From positions 1 to 32,069 of the forward strand of contig JBAUOI010000214.1 in assembly GCA_049579665.1 (NCBI GenBank): a DNA stretch of 32,069 nucleotides. Direction: 5' to 3'. The notes below the pieces were generated by a model. That model did not search any database and was not told where the DNA came from. It saw only the letters and a program-made list of their open reading frames with translations. This DNA is from Methyloceanibacter sp. (GTDB lineage Bacteria > Pseudomonadota > Alphaproteobacteria > Rhizobiales > Methyloligellaceae). Both the position numbers and the translations under genes were made by a program. Shown here piece after piece: positions 28,267-32,069 of this stretch (positions are counted from its first letter, which is position 1; every line of letters starts with the position of its first letter).

Positions 28267-28461
28267 ATGCCCGGGAAGCGCGTGCAATTCGATGACGAGA
28301 CCTGGCAGGCGATCAATGCCGTCGCGCGCGGGCGAGGCAAGAGCTTTCAAGACCTCGCCGATGAAGCCTTCAAGGACCTCCTGAAGAAGCACCACCAGCC
28401 TGTCGGCCTGAAAGCTGCGCTCAAAGAAAGCGTCGGTGCAAAGCCAAAGCCGAAACCGTAG
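28267..28461 (+). CDS. Small ribbon-helix-helix-like protein (64 aa)
   Basis: GGAGG RBS. KRVQFDDETWQAINAVARGRGKSFQDLADEAFKDLLKKH fits a beta-helix-helix pattern. Confidence 0.75.
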   Translation: MPGKRVQFDDETWQAINAVARGRGKSFQDLADEAFKDLLKKHHQPVGLKAALKESVGAKPKPKP

Positions 28462-28527
28462 GGTGGGTTAAGCGAAGCGTGCCCACCGACATCACCGTGA
28501 TGGGCAACGGAAAATTGCCCACCCTAC
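28458..28527. repeat. GTAG-family REP doublet (REPIN)
   Basis: GTAGGGTGGGttaagcgaagcgtGCCCACC, spacer, then the inverted copy gATGGGCAAcggaaaaTTGCCCACCCTAC. GTAG/CTAC ends. Confidence 0.8.
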
Positions 28528-28529
28528 AA

Positions 28530-28715
28530 TCAATCGCACAGCCCGATGAACTCCCACCGCATCTCCCGGCAGAGATACAGGGCGTCGTCCTCGCTATCGG
28601 CCTCGACGACGACACGCACCGGGCCATCCAGCGCGCAGAAGCGGACACGCGCCGGAACGCGATGCCTCCTGACGCGCACCACGCCGACGCTCAGTTCTGC
28701 CGCAATCCTCGCCAT
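28530..28715 (-). CDS. Small hypothetical protein (61 aa), putatively LexA/EcfG-controlled and near-leaderless
   Basis: The ORF fits exactly between the REP doublet and a promoter with both LexA and EcfG motifs. Protein-like C-terminal half (VRVVVEADSEDDALYLCREMRWEFIGLCD). Confidence 0.6.
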   Translation of the reverse strand: MARIAAELSVGVVRVRRHRVPARVRFCALDGPVRVVVEADSEDDALYLCREMRWEFIGLCD

Positions 28716-28724
28716 CTAGCAGCC

Positions 28725-28759
28725 AACGCTCCCGACGATTGAAGGTTCCTGTTATGTTC
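28725..28759 (-). promoter_or_regulatory. Alphaproteobacterial LexA box overlapping an EcfG-type promoter
   Basis: GTTC-ctgttat-GTTC at 28745-28759. Minus strand GGAAC (28749-28745)-N16-CGTT (28728-28725). Confidence 0.75.
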
Positions 28760-28809
28760 TTGCCTGATTCGAGAACCGCTCGCAAGGCGCGCGCATGGTA
28801 GTTTCGCCC

Positions 28810-29385
28810 ATGTCGGAGTTTGATCTCGGTCTATCGGTCGCGCTTGGCATCGGGCTCGCCGCGGCAACCGGATTGCGGCTGTTCCTGCCGATGCTGGTGG
28901 TGAGCGCAGCGGCCTATACCGGGCATCTGCCGCTCAGCGAGAACTTCGCCTGGCTTGGCGCGGCGCCTGCGCTGATCCTGCTCGGCGTCGCGGCCGTTGC
29001 CGAGATCCTCGCTTATTACATTCCGGGCGTCGACAATTTGCTCGACACTTTGGCGACACCGGCAGCCTTCGTCGCCGGCACGCTCATCTCGGCCGCGGTC
29101 ATCACCGACCTGCCGCCGATGGTGAAATGGGCGGCGGCGATCATCGCCGGCGGCGGCATCGCCGGCGTTACGCAATCGGTGACGACGCTGGTCCGCGCCA
29201 AATCGACGGTGATGACCGGCACCCTCGGCAATCCGGTCGTGGCGACTGCGGAGCTTGGCGGCTCGCTCATCGTCTCGCTGCTGGCGCTGGCCGCGCCGCT
29301 GCTGACGGCGGTGGCGATCATCGTATTGCTTTGGCTCGCGATCCGCTGGCTTCGGCAGCTCTCGGGCAAACCGCGTCCATCGTGA
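28810..29385 (+). CDS. DUF4126-family membrane protein
   Basis: GLAAATGLRLFLP, EILAYYIPGVDNLLD, RAKST..TG.LGNPVVATAE; several TM helices. Alternative start at 28795. Confidence 0.82.
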   Translation: MSEFDLGLSVALGIGLAAATGLRLFLPMLVVSAAAYTGHLPLSENFAWLGAAPALILLGVAAVAEILAYYIPGVDNLLDTLATPAAFVAGTLISAAVITDLPPMVKWAAAIIAGGGIAGVTQSVTTLVRAKSTVMTGTLGNPVVATAELGGSLIVSLLALAAPLLTAVAIIVLLWLAIRWLRQLSGKPRPS

Positions 29386-29510
29386 CCCAAAAGCTCCGCA
29401 ATCCCTGGAAGCCGATCGCCATCGCCCTTGGGCTGGTGCTTGCCGTCGTGCTGATCGCCACGGCACTCGTGCTGTACGACGTGGTGAAGCTTGGCTTCTC
29501 CCTGCTCTGA
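29382..29510 (+). CDS. Small single-pass membrane protein (42 aa)
   Basis: GTG start overlaps the DUF4126 stop (GTGA). MTQKLRNPWKPIAIALGLVLAVVLIATALVLYDVVKLGFSLL has a basic N-terminus plus one TM helix. Confidence 0.55.
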   Translation: MTQKLRNPWKPIAIALGLVLAVVLIATALVLYDVVKLGFSLL

Positions 29511-29535
29511 CGGATGTTTCCGGCGCCCTTATAAT
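29507..29535 (+). promoter_or_regulatory. Sigma70-type promoter for the DoxX-like gene
   Basis: CTGACG-N17-TATAAT, about 50 nt upstream of ATG 29585. Confidence 0.55.
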
Positions 29536-29584
29536 GGCGAGGGTCGATTCGCGGATGCGAACCGCGACCGAGGGGACGATTGCC

Positions 29585-30102
29585 ATGGCTTTGGAAGAAT
29601 TGGGATCGCTGATCATCCGGGTGACGCTCGGCCTGCTGTTCGTGGTCAGCGCTTATGTCTGTAGCAAGGATGCGGGCGCGCGGAAGGCCGCCACCGCCGA
29701 CGCGGCGCTGGTGTTCCCATGGCACCCCGAGTGGTTCACGCTCGCAGGCGTGCTGTGGATGTTGATCGGAGGCTTGTCGGTGCTGCTCGGCATTTTCCCC
29801 CGCCTCGGCGCGCCTCTCTCACTCTATTCCTGATCTTTGCGGCGATGATCCATTTCCGCAGGGCCACCCGGAGCGCCGCCGTGAAAGACGCGCTCATCGC
29901 AAGCCCCGCCGCCAAGTCGAGCACGGCGCGCCAAGCCATCGACGAGCTCGGCGAATTGGCGGTGATGGGGAACTTCACATCGGCGCTGAAGAACCTGACC
30001 CTGATGGCGCTGACGCTCTATGTCGCACTGGCGGGGACCGAACCGATGCTGATCGGCTTCGGTCCCGATGGCCAGCTGCATGGACTGCTCGCCCGCCTCT
30101 AG
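29585..30102 (+). pseudogene. DoxX-family membrane protein split by a 1-nt frameshift near 29812 (pseudogene or sequencing error)
   Basis: Frame 1 gives LIIRVTLGLLFV...GGLSVLLGIFPRLGA; the shifted frame continues SLTLFLIFAAMIHF...ALKNLTLM. Together they form one DoxX pattern. Confidence 0.75.
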
Positions 30103-30117
30103 CGCGGAAGCTCGACG

Positions 30118-32067
30118 TCAGGCCGCCTTCTCTCGCTTGCCGGCCAGCACCTGATCGGCGACCTTGCCGGTCAGCTCAGCCAGATGGTCGAACTTGGCGT
30201 TGAAGGTGCCGACGCCCGCCGTTGCCGATCTGAGCTCGACGATCAGGTTCTGGATCTCCGATTCCGGCAGATGCACCTCGACCAGATCCCAGCCCGGCCA
30301 GCCGGGCCGCGCGTCGAAGCCCAGGATCTGCCCGCGCCGCGAGGAGACGATCGAGTTGATCTTGGCCGTCGCCTCCGACGGCACGGCGATCTCGACCGCC
30401 ATCACCGGCTCAAGCAGGACCGGCGAGCATTGCGGCATGCCCTCGGTCATGGCGATGCGGCCGGCCTGACGGAACGCCATGTCGGAGCTATCGACCGAGT
30501 GATACGAGCCGTCGATCAGGCAGACCGCGACATCCACCACCGGAAAGCCGAGTGGGCCGGAATGCAGATAATCGCGCACGCCGATCTCCACCGAGGGGAT
30601 GTAATTCTTCGGCACCACGCCCCCGGTGATCTCGTCGGAGAACTCGAAACCGGCGCCGCGCGGCTGCGGCTTGATCGTCACCACCACGTCGCCGAACTGG
30701 CCGTGGCCGCCGGACTGCTTCTTGTGGCGGCCGCGCACCTCGGCCGATTTGCGGATGGTCTCCTTGTAGGGGATTTGGCGCGGGCGGGTCGAGGCATCGA
30801 TGCCGTATTTGCGCACCAGCTTCTCCAGCGCCACGCGGAGATGCATCTCGCCCTGCCCCCACAGCACCATCTCGCCCATGTCCTGGCTATGGGTCAGCGA
30901 GATCGAGGGGTCCTCCTCGATGATCTTGGCGATGGCCGCGGTGAGCTTCACCTCGTCCTTCTTCTCCTTGGCGGTGATCGCCAAGCCGAATACCGGCTTG
31001 GTGATAACGGCGGGCGCGATTTTGACTTTGCTGTTTTTCTCTTCGATCAGCGCGTCGCCGGTCTTGGTGCTGTCGAGACGCCCGAAGGCGACGGTGTCGC
31101 CGGCCTGGCCTTCGCCACGCTTCACCGGCTCCTGCCCCAACACCGCGAACAAGCCGGAGATGCGCTCCTCGTCGGCCCCGCCATAGACGGTGGTGCCATC
31201 GGCGAAGTTGCCGGTCAGCACGCGGACCAGCGAGAGCTTGCCGCCATGCGCCGTGTGGAAGGTCTTCGCCACGAAGCCGCAACTTGGCGCCTTGGCGACG
31301 CCAAGCCGCTCAGCAGTCGTTTGCACAAAAGGGGATTCGTGCCTCAACGCCTTCAGCAGCCGCAAAATGCCATTGCCATTCTCGGCCGAGCCGAGCAGCA
31401 CTGGACAGATCACCCCCTCGCGCAGCTCCTTGGAGAGATCGTCGAACACCTTGTCGCGCGGCGGCGGCACGTCTTCGAGCAATTGCTCCATCAGCTCGTC
31501 GTCGTAATCGGCGAGTTTCTCCAGCATGGAGAAGCGGGCTTCCTTCTCGCGCTCGGCCAGCGTCGCGGGAATGTCGATCACCTCGCTCGGAGCGTGCTCG
31601 CGATAGACATGGGCGCGCTCAAGCGCCAGATCGATGAAGCCGGTGACGATGTCGTTCTCCCAGATCGGGATCTGCCGAAGCACCAGCGGCTTGGTCGAGG
31701 CCGGCTGAAGCATCGGCACGATGTCGCGCACGCGCGCTTCCGCCTTGTCGATCTTGTTGATGAACAAGAAGTGCGGGATGCCGCGATCTTCGAGCTGCTT
31801 GAGGATCAATTGCAGCGCCGGGATTTTCTTCTCGTCGGGCTCGCACACCACCACGGCGGCGTCGCAGGCGGTCAGCGCATTGACCGCGTCGGCCTGAAAC
31901 TCGATCGAGCCCGGGCAGTCGAGGAAGGTGAAACTGTCGCCGAGGAAATCGACGGTGGCGGCATTGAGCTCGACGCTCATGCCGTGATGGCGGGCCTCCT
32001 CGGAAGCATCGCCGACGGTATTGGCGCCGGCCGTGGTTCCTTGCCTGGTGATGGCGCCGGTGCGCGC
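30118..32067 (-). CDS. Elongation factor G paralogue (EF-G2/FusA2-like), 5' end outside window
   Basis: The frame is open to the window edge (..GDASEEARHHGMSVE..). DCPG, FINKID, GQGEMHL, YKETI, HKKQSGGHGQFG, GSYHSVDSS, LLEP. Confidence 0.92.
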   Translation of the reverse strand, partial: ARTGAITRQGTTAGANTVGDASEEARHHGMSVELNAATVDFLGDSFTFLDCPGSIEFQADAVNALTACDAAVVVCEPDEKKIPALQLILKQLEDRGIPHFLFINKIDKAEARVRDIVPMLQPASTKPLVLRQIPIWENDIVTGFIDLALERAHVYREHAPSEVIDIPATLAEREKEARFSMLEKLADYDDELMEQLLEDVPPPRDKVFDDLSKELREGVICPVLLGSAENGNGILRLLKALRHESPFVQTTAERLGVAKAPSCGFVAKTFHTAHGGKLSLVRVLTGNFADGTTVYGGADEERISGLFAVLGQEPVKRGEGQAGDTVAFGRLDSTKTGDALIEEKNSKVKIAPAVITKPVFGLAITAKEKKDEVKLTAAIAKIIEEDPSISLTHSQDMGEMVLWGQGEMHLRVALEKLVRKYGIDASTRPRQIPYKETIRKSAEVRGRHKKQSGGHGQFGDVVVTIKPQPRGAGFEFSDEITGGVVPKNYIPSVEIGVRDYLHSGPLGFPVVDVAVCLIDGSYHSVDSSDMAFRQAGRIAMTEGMPQCSPVLLEPVMAVEIAVPSEATAKINSIVSSRRGQILGFDARPGWPGWDLVEVHLPESEIQNLIVELRSATAGVGTFNAKFDHLAELTGKVADQVLAGKREKAA

Positions 32068-32069
32068 CA

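Noticed and set aside
27660..28461. Thermonuclease plus RHH as a type II toxin-antitoxin pair
   Set aside because: The nuclease has an N-terminal membrane anchor and paired cysteines, suggesting an extracytoplasmic location that does not fit neutralisation by a cytoplasmic antitoxin.
15723..28527. Palindromic repeats as a CRISPR array or IS ends
   Set aside because: No regularly spaced direct repeats with spacers, and no cas or transposase gene. They are dispersed REP/RIME-type elements.
28479..28742. 87-aa plus-strand ORF opposite the 61-aa ORF
   Set aside because: It starts inside the REP element with no RBS, whereas the minus-strand ORF has promoter support.

Overview
A high-GC alphaproteobacterial chromosomal segment. 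Gene content points to Hyphomicrobiales, possibly Methyloceanibacter-like (inference only). It is mostly housekeeping and metabolic: oligopeptidase B (5'-truncated), an isochorismatase-like hydrolase, Fe-type SOD, an ABC-F ATPase, a DUF853 ATPase, a heterodimeric methylmalonyl-CoA mutase cluster (small subunit, large subunit, then SulP and an orphan higA before meaB), pyroglutamyl peptidase, a Tat-exported beta-helix protein, Lrp plus Rhizobium-type asparaginase, an ELM1-like protein, trxB, creA, two phasins around a CHAP-like gene, a J-domain protein, a class V aminotransferase, a lytic transglycosylase, a thermonuclease, small RHH and membrane proteins, a frameshifted DoxX gene and an EF-G paralogue (5'-truncated). 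No rRNA, tRNA, CRISPR array, transposase or prophage was seen, and no large multi-gene novel system was evident. The most interesting signals are small. (1) An uncharacterised 61-aa ORF has a perfect LexA box (GTTC-N7-GTTC) overlapping a perfect EcfG/sigmaT promoter (GGAAC-N16-CGTT). (2) A second small ORF has its own perfect EcfG promoter and RBS. (3) The higBA locus has lost its toxin except for the last ~11 codons. (4) There are two candidate sRNAs with C-rich loops. (5) Three kinds of palindromic repeat occur, one translated as the C-terminus of Pcp and one supplying a stop codon. (6) Several apparent 1-nt deletions may be assembly errors.
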